From Deltaproteobacteria bacterium (GTDB taxonomy: Bacteria; JAGRBM01; JAHCIT01), in assembly GCA_026129095.1 (NCBI GenBank), contig JAHCIT010000002.1, positions 248,001 through 312,000 on the forward strand: a stretch of DNA of 64,000 nucleotides, in the 5' to 3' direction. How positions within the stretch are numbered: the stretch's first letter is position 1; every line of letters begins with the position of its first letter. Positions 51,263-60,289 of the stretch are shown here, piece after piece. The position numbers and the translations under genes are program-made. The notes under the pieces are model-generated. The model had not been told where the DNA came from. It saw only the letters and a list, made by a program, of their open reading frames with translations, and searched no databases.

Positions 51263-51933
51263 AAGTTCCGGCCGAGAGTCCTGCGGGGACGCTTCTTCCC
51301 GCTCCCGTCGCCGGCGCCGCTTCCGTCCCCGTCCCCGCCGCCCTCGCCTTCGCCCTCATCGGCGCCTTCGGCAGGGGCCTCGCTGACGGTGGAAACACCG
51401 CCGCCGTCAGGCTGGTGATCCAGGAGCCGGAGCACGCCGCGCCGGTTGGCAACGACCCGGAACCGTTCCGGGCTGGATGTCACGGCCGCCCAGTCAATCC
51501 GGACCGGATCGCCCGTGCAGGGAACGAACTCGATTGCCTTCGGCACCGCGCCATCGGCGGCAAGAACGCCGAGCGGAAGCCAGGGACCACGGGCCTTGCC
51601 GCCGCCCTCGGGCGCCACGACGCCCGGAAGCTGCATCAGTTCCCTGTTGGGGCGGGTCCAGACGACCGTATCGCCACGGAGCAGCCGGAGCTGGTCCGAC
51701 GTGCGGGCCGCGCAGCGCGAGGGCTGGGCCTCGCGGGCCGCCGCACGCTCCTTCATCTTCTCGCGGACCTGCTCCATCGACGGCCGGCTCTTGTCCGGGG
51801 TCACCTGCTGCTGCCTGGTCTTGCCGCTGTCGCCGGTCTGGTTGCAGCCGTCACAGGCAGGGAGCCCGGCCATCGCCAGCACCATCGTAAATAAAGCGGT
51901 TTTCATCCTGGAGAAATGGCGCGAAGTTTTCAT
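51238..51933 (-). CDS. Hypothetical lipoprotein with acidic Gly-rich linker
   Basis: Lipobox LPAC; EGADEGEGEGGGDGDGSGAGDGSG. Confidence 0.6.
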   Translation of the reverse strand: MKTSRHFSRMKTALFTMVLAMAGLPACDGCNQTGDSGKTRQQQVTPDKSRPSMEQVREKMKERAAAREAQPSRCAARTSDQLRLLRGDTVVWTRPNRELMQLPGVVAPEGGGKARGPWLPLGVLAADGAVPKAIEFVPCTGDPVRIDWAAVTSSPERFRVVANRRGVLRLLDHQPDGGGVSTVSEAPAEGADEGEGEGGGDGDGSGAGDGSGKKRPRRTLGRNFYEVRLVP

Positions 51934-51988
51934 GGGGAGTTTCTCTAAAACCAGTTCCCCCGGTTGGCAAGCAAATACGTGGGTAATC

Positions 51989-52564
51989 TTATTCCCCGCA
52001 GCCCGGCGCACAGGGGCCCCGGCGGCGGCGGAAATCGGTCACGTTGCCGCGGCGGTCCAGTTCGAGCTCGCAGCAGGAAAGCACCCCCTCGCGGATCAGG
52101 GCCCGGCCCCGCCGGACGCGGGACTTGACCGCCGGCAGGGTGAGTCCGAGCCGCACGGCGACCTCCTTCAGCTTGAGGCCCTCGATGTCGGCGAGCCGCA
52201 CCGGCTCGCTGTATTTGGCGGGCAGCAGGCGGATGAACACCGGCAGCCATCCGGCCACCTGCTCGTTGAGATTCCCGTTCCCGGGCGCGCTGTCCGTACC
52301 GTCCGCCAGATCTTCCGGCAGCGGTTCATGGGGTTTTTCCCGGCGGTAGAAGCTGGCGATCTGGCTGCGGGCGACCCGGTAAAGCCAGACGTCGAGCCGG
52401 CTGGGATTTTTCAGGCCCGGCAGCGAGCGGTACGCCTTCAGGAGCGTCTCCTGGAGGATGTCGGCGGCGGCGGCAGGGTCGCGGACGCGCCGGAGGATGA
52501 ACCGGTGAAGCTCACCCTCCAGCGCCGCCCAGCGCGCATCCGTGAACGCCTCGGCCTGGGTCAA
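51989..52564 (-). CDS. ECF sigma factor, SigZ-like, Cys-rich C-terminus
   Basis: DILQETLLKA, WLYRVAR, region 4 LGLTLPAVKSRVRRGR, tail CC...C...C; TTG start overlaps upstream stop. Confidence 0.85.
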   Translation of the reverse strand: MTQAEAFTDARWAALEGELHRFILRRVRDPAAAADILQETLLKAYRSLPGLKNPSRLDVWLYRVARSQIASFYRREKPHEPLPEDLADGTDSAPGNGNLNEQVAGWLPVFIRLLPAKYSEPVRLADIEGLKLKEVAVRLGLTLPAVKSRVRRGRALIREGVLSCCELELDRRGNVTDFRRRRGPCAPGCGE

Positions 52565-53046
52565 CGGGCCGCCTCCGCCGCGGGGCAGCAGGCCGTCGCC
52601 TTCGCCGAATGGACCGGCGCGTCGGCCTCGGTCACGACGAACACTTCCCAGGGGTTCCCGTCCGGATCCACCACCCACGCCTTGTCCTGCACGGCGTAGC
52701 AGCAGGTGGTTTTCTCCTCCGTGCGGACCTGGAGGCCCGCCATCTGGTAACGGGCGGCGGCGGCCACGACATCGGCCGGTTCCTTCACCTGGATGCCGAA
52801 GTGGGACACAGCCGTGGGGATATCGCCCGTACGCTCGTTGAGCGTGAAGTTCACCGACGGCTCGGCGGGCTCGAACTTGGCGTATCCCGGCCGGACCTTG
52901 ACCGGTTCCACTCCGAAAAGGGTCCGGTAGAAGGCAACGGATTTCTCCAGGTTCCTGACCCAGATGCCCACATGCATGCGGCGGTTGCCGGCAAAACTGG
53001 CGGGGCTCCGGGGACGGGCGGTGGTTTCGGTAGCTGGAATCGTCAT
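52561..53046 (-). CDS. ArsI/CadI family VOC metalloenzyme
   Basis: RMHV, FY..LFG..P.K.RPGYAKF, HFG, CCYAVQDK.WV.DPDGN.WE, terminal CC. Confidence 0.9.
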   Translation of the reverse strand: MTIPATETTARPRSPASFAGNRRMHVGIWVRNLEKSVAFYRTLFGVEPVKVRPGYAKFEPAEPSVNFTLNERTGDIPTAVSHFGIQVKEPADVVAAAARYQMAGLQVRTEEKTTCCYAVQDKAWVVDPDGNPWEVFVVTEADAPVHSAKATACCPAAEAAR

Positions 53047-53111
53047 GGCTGATAAGTCTCCTGCAAGTATGGCTGTGGTTTCCGGGGCATGTCAGCCCCT
53101 CTCTCCCTGAC

Positions 53112-53138
53112 AGACGCACCGTCCGGAAAAAGGATGCA
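53112..53138 (-). promoter_or_regulatory. ECF-type promoter upstream of arsI-sigma operon
   Basis: TGCATC-N16-CGTCT on minus strand. Confidence 0.6.
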
Positions 53139-53217
53139 GGAAATCTTTCCGGTTGACGGGCATGGGCACCGGGGCATACCGTCCCGGCCTGCCAGCAGGA
53201 TTTCCAGGAGGTGGCGC

Positions 53218-53739
53218 ATGGCGAACTCCCTTAACAAGGTGATGCTGATCGGACGTCTGGGCAAGGACCCCGAGCAGCGGTTTACGGGGGGCGGCACGGA
53301 AGTGTGCCAGTTCACGCTCGCCACCAACGAATTCGACGGCCGCGACGAGCAGGGCCAGACAAAGGAACGGACCGAGTGGCACGATATCGTCGCCTACGGA
53401 AAGCTGGCCGAAATCTGCAACAAGTACCTGGCCAAGGGACGCCAGGCGTTCATCGAGGGCAAGCTCCAGACCCGCAAGTGGGAGGACAAGCAGTCGGGCG
53501 AGCCGCGCCGCCGCACTGAAATCGTCGCCCGCGAAGTGGTGCTGCTGGGTTCCCGTGACGAACGCGGGAGCTCGGGCGAGGACCGGGGTTCCCAGCGGAA
53601 CCAGGGCGGCGGCCAGGCCCGGCCCCCGCGGCAGGCGGCCCAGTCAAAGGGTGGCGGCGGCCGGAGCGGCGGCGAGTTCGACCAGGATCCCGGCTACACA
53701 GACGACCAGCCGCCGCCCGAAGACGACGTGCCGTTCTGA
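53218..53739 (+). CDS. ssb: Single-stranded DNA-binding protein
   Basis: NKVMLIGRLGKDPE, TEWH, EGKLQTRKW, C-terminal DDVPF. Confidence 0.97.
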   Translation: MANSLNKVMLIGRLGKDPEQRFTGGGTEVCQFTLATNEFDGRDEQGQTKERTEWHDIVAYGKLAEICNKYLAKGRQAFIEGKLQTRKWEDKQSGEPRRRTEIVAREVVLLGSRDERGSSGEDRGSQRNQGGGQARPPRQAAQSKGGGGRSGGEFDQDPGYTDDQPPPEDDVPF

Positions 53740-53746
53740 GGCGCGC

Positions 53747-54388
53747 CTAGCGGCCGATCCGGAAACCGAAACCCAGCGAGACATAGAAACGGCTGGCGTC
53801 GAAATCCAGGGGGTTTCCGGCCGTGGCCGGCGGCGTGAGCGTCAGCTCGCTCCGGTTCATCTTCCAGCCCGATTCGACCCGGATCAGCCAGCCCTTGCCG
53901 AAATAGGTGTCGAAACCGAGCGCGGCCTTGAGCGCCAGCGTGTGGCTGAGGCTTCCCGACGCGGGAAAAGCGGACGCCTCGTTGAGGAAGTTCAGGTTGA
54001 CGCCCGTTCCGGCCCGCACATACGGCGATATCCAGAGATCACGCTCATGGTAACGGAACTCGGCTATCGGCATCAGCGTCACCGTGTGCACCGAGCCCAT
54101 CTTCGACGCGGGCGCGATGATGGACTGGTTCAGGCCGTAATACTCCCACTCGACCTCGCCGCCCACCCGGAACCACCAGTCCAGCCGGTAAAGTCCGTTG
54201 ATGCCGGCCGAAAGGCCGCTCCGGGGCGAAATGCCGGCACTGGACGATCCCATCGGGAAAGTACCGCCCAGCCGGTAGCCGAGCGCGAACTGCGGATCGT
54301 CGTAGCCAGCCCGTGCGGCGGACGGCGCGGCCAGAAGCAAAACAACGGCGGCGGAGAGAATCCAGAAGACCGGTCTCAAAAAAGGCAT
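53747..54388 (-). CDS. Outer-membrane beta-barrel protein (OmpW/Ail-like size)
   Basis: Signal peptide ..AARA; SPYVRAGTG; terminal YVSLGFGFRI. Confidence 0.75.
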   Translation of the reverse strand: MPFLRPVFWILSAAVVLLLAAPSAARAGYDDPQFALGYRLGGTFPMGSSSAGISPRSGLSAGINGLYRLDWWFRVGGEVEWEYYGLNQSIIAPASKMGSVHTVTLMPIAEFRYHERDLWISPYVRAGTGVNLNFLNEASAFPASGSLSHTLALKAALGFDTYFGKGWLIRVESGWKMNRSELTLTPPATAGNPLDFDASRFYVSLGFGFRIGR

Positions 54389-54431
54389 GGGGAAAATCTG
54401 GCTGGAACGGAAGGAAGGGGCAAATGGAAAG

Positions 54432-54953
54432 CTACGCCGCATCGAGATCCTTCAGGCTGTCCACCCGCTCGCCCGAGGGCATCAGCGCCCACTTGAACCT
54501 GCCGGTAACGCCGGGAGCGACACCGCCGGAAAAAACGATTCGCATCACCTGACCCTTGCGGAACGGCATCGCGCCGCGGCCCAGGAGCTCGCCTGCGAGC
54601 TGGCCCATGCGCGGCTCATGGCCGACAAACGCCACCGACGAGCCGGGCATCTCCCCAGCCGTGCGGAGCAGGTGATCGAGTGCCCTTCCGCCGGGGCCGA
54701 GCGCCGTCGCGGCGACGACCTCGCCCCGGTATTTCGTTTCGCCGGCCAGAATCTCGGCTGTCTGAACGGCCCGCACCAGCGGGCTCGTCACGATCAGGTC
54801 GAAAGAGATACCCAGGCCCTTCAGCTCGCTGGCGACCTTCGAGAAAACCTTGCGCCCCTTGGCCGTGAGGTACCGGCAGTCGTCGGAAAGCCCCGCCTCG
54901 CCGTCCACCGCGGCCGCATGACGTACCAGATAGATGTCTGTGCCGGAACCCAT
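54432..54953 (-). CDS. sixA: Phosphohistidine phosphatase SixA family
   Basis: LVRHA, SPLVRAVQTAE, VGHEP. Confidence 0.88.
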   Translation of the reverse strand: MGSGTDIYLVRHAAAVDGEAGLSDDCRYLTAKGRKVFSKVASELKGLGISFDLIVTSPLVRAVQTAEILAGETKYRGEVVAATALGPGGRALDHLLRTAGEMPGSSVAFVGHEPRMGQLAGELLGRGAMPFRKGQVMRIVFSGGVAPGVTGRFKWALMPSGERVDSLKDLDAA

Positions 54954-55137
54954 ACTGCTCCTGTAACCGAACCGGTCCCACGCGCCTTCCCCCTTGCGGA
55001 CTCTAGCCCATTCCGGACGGGGTTTCAGCCCGTCAACCCCGTGAAACATTCGTGACACGGCTCATGGAGCCGCCGGAAAGCGGCAGCGGGCAGTCCCGGT
55101 TTGGGGCACGGCCAGCCGCCGTGGTAGGCTTTCCGCC

Positions 55138-55977
55138 ATGAAGCTCGGCGCACACGAATCCATCAGCGGGGGGATCGAGAATGCCTTCCAGCGGGGCCGC
55201 GACGACGGTTGCGAGTCCCTGCAGATTTTCACCAAGAGCGAGCGCCAGTGGTCGGCCAAGCCGCTGGCCCCGGAGGCGCTGGATGCATTCCGGACGGCAA
55301 GCAAGGGTTCCGGCATTCCGCTCTCGAACGTGCTCGTTCACGACTCCTACCTCATCAACCTCGCCTCGCCCGACCCGGTGAAACTCGAAAAGGCCAAGGC
55401 CGCCTTTGTCGAGGAGATCCGCCGGTGCGAGCAACTCGGGGTGCGGTACCTCGTCACCCACCCCGGTTCCCATGTGGGATCGGGCGAGGACCAGGCCATC
55501 GAGACGCTGGTATCGAGCTACAACGACTGCATCCACCGTTCGTCCGGTTCGCCCGTTATGATCCTGCTGGAAACGACCGCTGGGCAGGGCACCTGCATGG
55601 GCTACCGGTTCGAGCAGATCGCCGGCATCCTGAATGGGATCAAGGACCGCTCGCGCATGGGCGTCTGCGTGGACACCTGCCATATCTTCGCCGCCGGGTA
55701 CGACATCCGGACGCCGGAGGGGTATGAGCAGGTGATGCAGGAGCTGGACCGGGTCATCGGCGTCAAGGAAGTCCGGGCGTTCCACATCAATGATTCCAAG
55801 AAGGAGCTGGGCTCCCGCGTGGACCGGCACGAAGAGATCGCCGAGGGGTTCATCGGCGAGACGGCCTTCCGGTGCCTGATGAACGATCCGCGATGGAAGG
55901 ATACCATCGGCGTGATCGAGACGCCCGGCGAGGATTTCGCCAAGAACCTCAAGCGGCTCCGGAGCTACCAGGCCTGA
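55138..55977 (+). CDS. nfo: Endonuclease IV
   Basis: GAHES, HDSYLINL, HPG, LETTAGQG, DTCH, HINDSK...DRH, IETP. Confidence 0.96.
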   Translation: MKLGAHESISGGIENAFQRGRDDGCESLQIFTKSERQWSAKPLAPEALDAFRTASKGSGIPLSNVLVHDSYLINLASPDPVKLEKAKAAFVEEIRRCEQLGVRYLVTHPGSHVGSGEDQAIETLVSSYNDCIHRSSGSPVMILLETTAGQGTCMGYRFEQIAGILNGIKDRSRMGVCVDTCHIFAAGYDIRTPEGYEQVMQELDRVIGVKEVRAFHINDSKKELGSRVDRHEEIAEGFIGETAFRCLMNDPRWKDTIGVIETPGEDFAKNLKRLRSYQA

Positions 55978-57056
55978 GAGTCCTCTTTTTCAACGACTTC
56001 GACGTTTACGCTGGCGCCGAAAGCGCCGTGGGCGCGCTGCGCGCCGCACTGGAAGCCAGGGGCCACCAGACCCGGCTCGTCACGAAGCTGGAGTCGGGAG
56101 AGCGTGGAGTGCACGGCCCGGACGACCGGGTGCGGCGCTGCCGGAAGATCATCCAGGAGTTCCGGCCCGATGCCTGCCATTTCCACAACACGCTGGCGAT
56201 GGGCTGGTCGCCGCTGGTCGCGGCGAAAAAGGAGAGTGTGCGGAATCTTGTCTGGACGATGCACGACTACCGGGCCGTCTGTCCCAACACCCTGCTCCTC
56301 CGTCCCGATCTCAATATCTGCGACGACCTTCACTGGTGCGGCAGTTGCGTGGCCCTGCCGAAGCTGCCGCACTACGACCTGGACCGCATACGGAAGAAAC
56401 TCCAGGGCGTGAAAATCGCCGCCATCAGCGATGCGCAGCGCAGGCTGGTGGAGCCGCACCTGCCGGTCACGGCGACGATACACTGGGACGCCGATGCGGG
56501 ACTGCTGGCGGCGCCGGAGGCGCCCGACGGCAAGCCCCTCACGGTGCTGTTCGCCGGGCGAAAGGACGTGGAAAAGGGATTCGACTTCTGCCTGCAGGCG
56601 GTCAAGCGGCTTTCCGGCCGGCATCCTGGCATCCGGCTGCACCTGGCGGGCCGCTCCCGGTTCGGCGACGAACGGCAGCGGATCGACGCGCTGGGGCTTG
56701 GAAAGCAGGTCATTGACCACGGCGCGCTCCCCCACGACCGCTATCTGGAGATGCTCCGGAACGTGCAGGTGGTCGTCTGCGCGAGCGTGTGGGCCGAGCC
56801 GTTCAACCTGTCGCTGCTGGAGGCGATGGCCTGCGGCAAGCCGGTCATCGCCACCCGCTCGGGCGCGCACGGGGAACTGGCCGGTGACGGCGGCGCAGTG
56901 CTCGCCGATCCGCGCAGTTCGGCCTCGCTGATGAACGCGATGGAAACACTGTTTGCCGATGCGGACCTGCGCCGCGACCTGGCCCGGCGGGCACGCGAGC
57001 AGGCGACCCGGTTCACCGGCTGCACGGAGAAATATCTCCGGCTCTACCGGGAATGA
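55974..57056 (+). CDS. Glycosyltransferase family 4 (probable CTG start)
   Basis: RVLFFN...GAE, HDY..CP, KG, EPFNLSLLEAMACGKPVI. Confidence 0.85.
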   Translation: MRVLFFNDFDVYAGAESAVGALRAALEARGHQTRLVTKLESGERGVHGPDDRVRRCRKIIQEFRPDACHFHNTLAMGWSPLVAAKKESVRNLVWTMHDYRAVCPNTLLLRPDLNICDDLHWCGSCVALPKLPHYDLDRIRKKLQGVKIAAISDAQRRLVEPHLPVTATIHWDADAGLLAAPEAPDGKPLTVLFAGRKDVEKGFDFCLQAVKRLSGRHPGIRLHLAGRSRFGDERQRIDALGLGKQVIDHGALPHDRYLEMLRNVQVVVCASVWAEPFNLSLLEAMACGKPVIATRSGAHGELAGDGGAVLADPRSSASLMNAMETLFADADLRRDLARRAREQATRFTGCTEKYLRLYRE

Positions 57057-57063
57057 TCCCCCG

Positions 57064-58824
57064 TTACTTCACCACGATGCTTCCGGGCATCTCGACCACC
57101 CTGGCTCGCAGGTATTCCCCAAGGGTCTTGGCCTGCGGGTCGCTGCGGGTGGATGAGGCCACGCCGTCACCCAGGATTCCCCGGATGTAGAAGTTGAGCG
57201 CATTCAGGTTCGGGAACTCGTACCGCTCCACCTCGAACGGCCTGGCATCCGGCAGTATCTCCTTGAGCCGTTCGGTCGTGAGGAACTCCCGCAGGAATGC
57301 GTAGCCTTCGGGGGTTTTCGACCAGATGCCGACGTTGGCGTTGCCGCCCTTGTCGCCCGACCGGGTGGCAAAGGCCCGGCCAAGCGGCTTTTTGACCGTA
57401 TCTCCCTTCGGAACGGGCGGGATCCTCACCTCCGGCACCTTCACGGCGGGCGGCGTCTGCGGCGCCTGGACGGCCTCGACGTTCAGCTCCTCGCCGCCCA
57501 CGTACACCTTCTGGCGGATCTTGTCGCTGGAGACGAGGGCCGGCCAGTAGATGACCGACGGAATCTCGTCGCCCGGCGGCGAGGTCATCGTGAAGCCGGG
57601 AATGCTGCACAGGGCCAGTTCCACCACGCGGGACGAAAACGCTTTCCCCACCTTCTTGGGGTTCGGGTCGATGACGTTGATCTTGAGGTAGGCAAACGCC
57701 TGCTCGTTGCTGGCCGGGTTCTCGTGATCGGTGCGGATCAGGTTCACCTCGACCCTCTGGAACTGTTCGCGCCCGCCAACGGCGTCGAAGAACATCTCCT
57801 CGACGATCTTCGCCTTCTTCTCGATGTCCAGTCCGGTGAGCAGGACGGTCATCTGGTTGCGGAACGGACCCAGGTTGTTGATGCAGACCTTGGTGGTCGG
57901 GGTCGGCGGCTCGCCCTTCGCGCCCTCAACACGCACACGGTCGGGGCCCTCCTGCGACACCTTGAGGGTGTCGAAGCGGGCGATGACGTCGGGATTGTAG
58001 TACCGGTGGCCCTGGATCTCGTACAGAAGCTGGGCCGTCACGGTTCCCACGGAAACGAGGCCGCCCGTACCGGGGTGCTTGGAGATGACGAACGATCCGT
58101 CCGCGTGCATCTCGCACAGGGGGAAGCCGAGATTCCTGTAGGTGGGCACCTCGTCCACGAACGAGTAGTTGCCTCCCGTCGCCTGTCCTCCGCACTCGAT
58201 GATGTGGCCGGCGGCGACCGCCCCGGCGAGCCGGTCCCAGTCGTCACGCTTCCAGTTGAACCGCCAGGCCGCGGGGCCCACCACCACGGCCGCGTCGGTC
58301 ACGCGGCCCGTGACCACGATGTCGGCACCGCGCCCGAGAGCCTCGCTGATGCCCCATCCGCCCAGATAGGCATTCGCCGTCACCGTGTTCGCCCGGGCGT
58401 CCTTGAGCGGAGTCCCCTTGTCCATGTGGGCGAATGCCTCGCCCTCCTTCTGGAGCTCGGCAAGGCGCCGGGTGAGGTCATCGCCCTCGATGAAGGCGAT
58501 CTTCGGCTTGAGGCCCAGCTTTTCGGCGATTTTTTCCAGTTCCTCGGCCATCCCCCGGGGGTTCAGCCCGCCGGCGTTGGTGACGACGCGGATCTTCTTC
58601 TGGAGACATTCCCCCATCACCTCTTCCATCTGCTTGAGGAACGTGCCGGCGTAGCCCGCCTTGGGGTTCTTCATCTTGTTCCGGAACAGGATCGCCATCG
58701 TGAGCTCGGCGAGATAGTCGCCGGTGAGCACGTCGATCGGCCCCCCCTGGACCATTTCGCGGGCGGCCGAAATCCGGTCCCCGTAGAATCCGCTGCAGTT
58801 GGCGATGATCAGTTTCTCGGTCAT
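57064..58824 (-). CDS. Acyclic terpene utilization AtuA family protein
   Basis: ANCSGFYGDR, GDYLAELTM, NAGGLNP, GHIIECG.QATGGNY, RSGDKGG, DPQAK. Confidence 0.92.
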   Translation of the reverse strand: MTEKLIIANCSGFYGDRISAAREMVQGGPIDVLTGDYLAELTMAILFRNKMKNPKAGYAGTFLKQMEEVMGECLQKKIRVVTNAGGLNPRGMAEELEKIAEKLGLKPKIAFIEGDDLTRRLAELQKEGEAFAHMDKGTPLKDARANTVTANAYLGGWGISEALGRGADIVVTGRVTDAAVVVGPAAWRFNWKRDDWDRLAGAVAAGHIIECGGQATGGNYSFVDEVPTYRNLGFPLCEMHADGSFVISKHPGTGGLVSVGTVTAQLLYEIQGHRYYNPDVIARFDTLKVSQEGPDRVRVEGAKGEPPTPTTKVCINNLGPFRNQMTVLLTGLDIEKKAKIVEEMFFDAVGGREQFQRVEVNLIRTDHENPASNEQAFAYLKINVIDPNPKKVGKAFSSRVVELALCSIPGFTMTSPPGDEIPSVIYWPALVSSDKIRQKVYVGGEELNVEAVQAPQTPPAVKVPEVRIPPVPKGDTVKKPLGRAFATRSGDKGGNANVGIWSKTPEGYAFLREFLTTERLKEILPDARPFEVERYEFPNLNALNFYIRGILGDGVASSTRSDPQAKTLGEYLRARVVEMPGSIVVK

Positions 58825-58889
58825 GTGGCTGCCTTCCTCCGGCTCCCCGGCCGGTTCCCCGCCTGTCATCCAGTCATCCGGTCTGGAAA

Positions 58890-58909
58890 CTGAATGAGCG
58901 TTCATTCAG
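58890..58909. promoter_or_regulatory. Palindromic operator upstream of atuA-like gene
   Basis: CTGAATGA-GCGT-TCATTCAG. Confidence 0.75.
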
Positions 58910-59020
58910 GTTGTACCGGAAGCGGGCCCGGTGCAAGCCTCCCTATAGCGGCCCCGCCGCCCGTTTGCACCAGCGGGCGGGCATCCTCTATCTAAATCGC
59001 CGGGAGATTTCCTGCCGACA

Positions 59021-60274
59021 ATGAGCCGCTCCGCAGCCCTTCTTGCCTTTCTGCTCGCCACCATCGTGGCCCAGCCGGTCATGGCCAGCGAAGGGGAAAC
59101 GGCGGCGGATATCTATGCCCGTGCGGTGCGGCGGCTGGAGCGGCACAAGGCCGGCTGGTACCGCAACCCGGCGGACATTTTCACCAGCGACACAACCACG
59201 CGGGAGCTTTTCGAGAGCATCCGGAACCAGTACCCGCACTCGCCCGAAGCGGCGCTCGTTCCGCTCCGGCTTGGCGACACCTGGTACTACGCCGAGGACA
59301 ACTGCGAGGAGGCGCTCTCCTATTACGAAGAGTACCTCACCTCACTCGGTTCCGGGTCTCTCCACGACCGGGAAGAAGACCATGCCCGGAAGATGCGGGA
59401 CTATTGCGCCCAAAAGGTTCCTACGGCCGAGAAACTCTATGAAGACGGGATGCGGCGGCTCGAAATCCACCGCCAGAGCGTCGTCTGGAATCCGGCCAGA
59501 TGGCGGTGGAGCGAGAACCCCATCGCCCGCGCCATCACCAACATCCGGTACGACACGGAAGAAACCCGGCGGCTGTTCCAGGAGATACGCCGGAAATACC
59601 CGGTATCGTCGCAGGCCCCGCTCGCCACACTCCGTATTGCCGATGTCTATTTCGAGGAAGGCGCCTACGTGGAAGCGCAGGTCTACTATGACGAATTCAT
59701 CCGCAGCCACCCGGCCTTCCGGGAGGAGGCGGCCTATGCACAGATGAGGCGCGCCCAGTGCTTCGCGCAGCAGATGCTCGACCACGACCGTGATCCGTCG
59801 GCGGCGCTGAATGCCCGCGAGGCGTTTGCCACCGTCCAGCGGGATTACTCCGCCACGCCCGAGGGCAGCGAGGCCGCGCCCGCGCTCCAGGAGGTCACGC
59901 GCCATATCGGCGAGCAGGAAGCATTCGTGGCCGACTTCTACTACCGGCGGAGCCAGTACCAGGCGGCCATGGGCCGGTACCGGGGACTGATCGAGCAGTT
60001 CCCCGGCCACCCGCTCACAGGCTGGGCCCTCTACCGGCTCGGCCGGAGCGCCGAACACATCGGCGATTTCGAGGGCGCCCGCCGCTACTACGAGCAGGTG
60101 CTCGCCCTTCCCGACGACCAGTTCCGCCGCCCCAGGGACGTGAAGTGGGTCGATGCCTGGATCCTGTTCCTTGCCTATCCGAACGCCGACGCGACGCCCG
60201 ATGGCGTCAGGCGCCGGGCCCGCCTGCGGATCGCCGTGCTGGACCTGCTGCCGGGAACTCCGAAGGCCAACTAG
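59021..60274 (+). CDS. BamD-like TPR protein with duplicated N-terminal module
   Basis: YP.S..A....LR.AD, YDEFIRSHP, DRDP..A..A, VADFYYRR..Y.AA..RY..L...FP. Confidence 0.75.
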   Translation: MSRSAALLAFLLATIVAQPVMASEGETAADIYARAVRRLERHKAGWYRNPADIFTSDTTTRELFESIRNQYPHSPEAALVPLRLGDTWYYAEDNCEEALSYYEEYLTSLGSGSLHDREEDHARKMRDYCAQKVPTAEKLYEDGMRRLEIHRQSVVWNPARWRWSENPIARAITNIRYDTEETRRLFQEIRRKYPVSSQAPLATLRIADVYFEEGAYVEAQVYYDEFIRSHPAFREEAAYAQMRRAQCFAQQMLDHDRDPSAALNAREAFATVQRDYSATPEGSEAAPALQEVTRHIGEQEAFVADFYYRRSQYQAAMGRYRGLIEQFPGHPLTGWALYRLGRSAEHIGDFEGARRYYEQVLALPDDQFRRPRDVKWVDAWILFLAYPNADATPDGVRRRARLRIAVLDLLPGTPKAN

Positions 60275-60289
60275 CGCGGCCGCCCTCCC

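Noticed and set aside
52565-53119. 376-aa long form of the sigma factor
   Set aside because: Extension overlaps the arsI-like gene in another frame; TTG at 52564 gives normal ECF size
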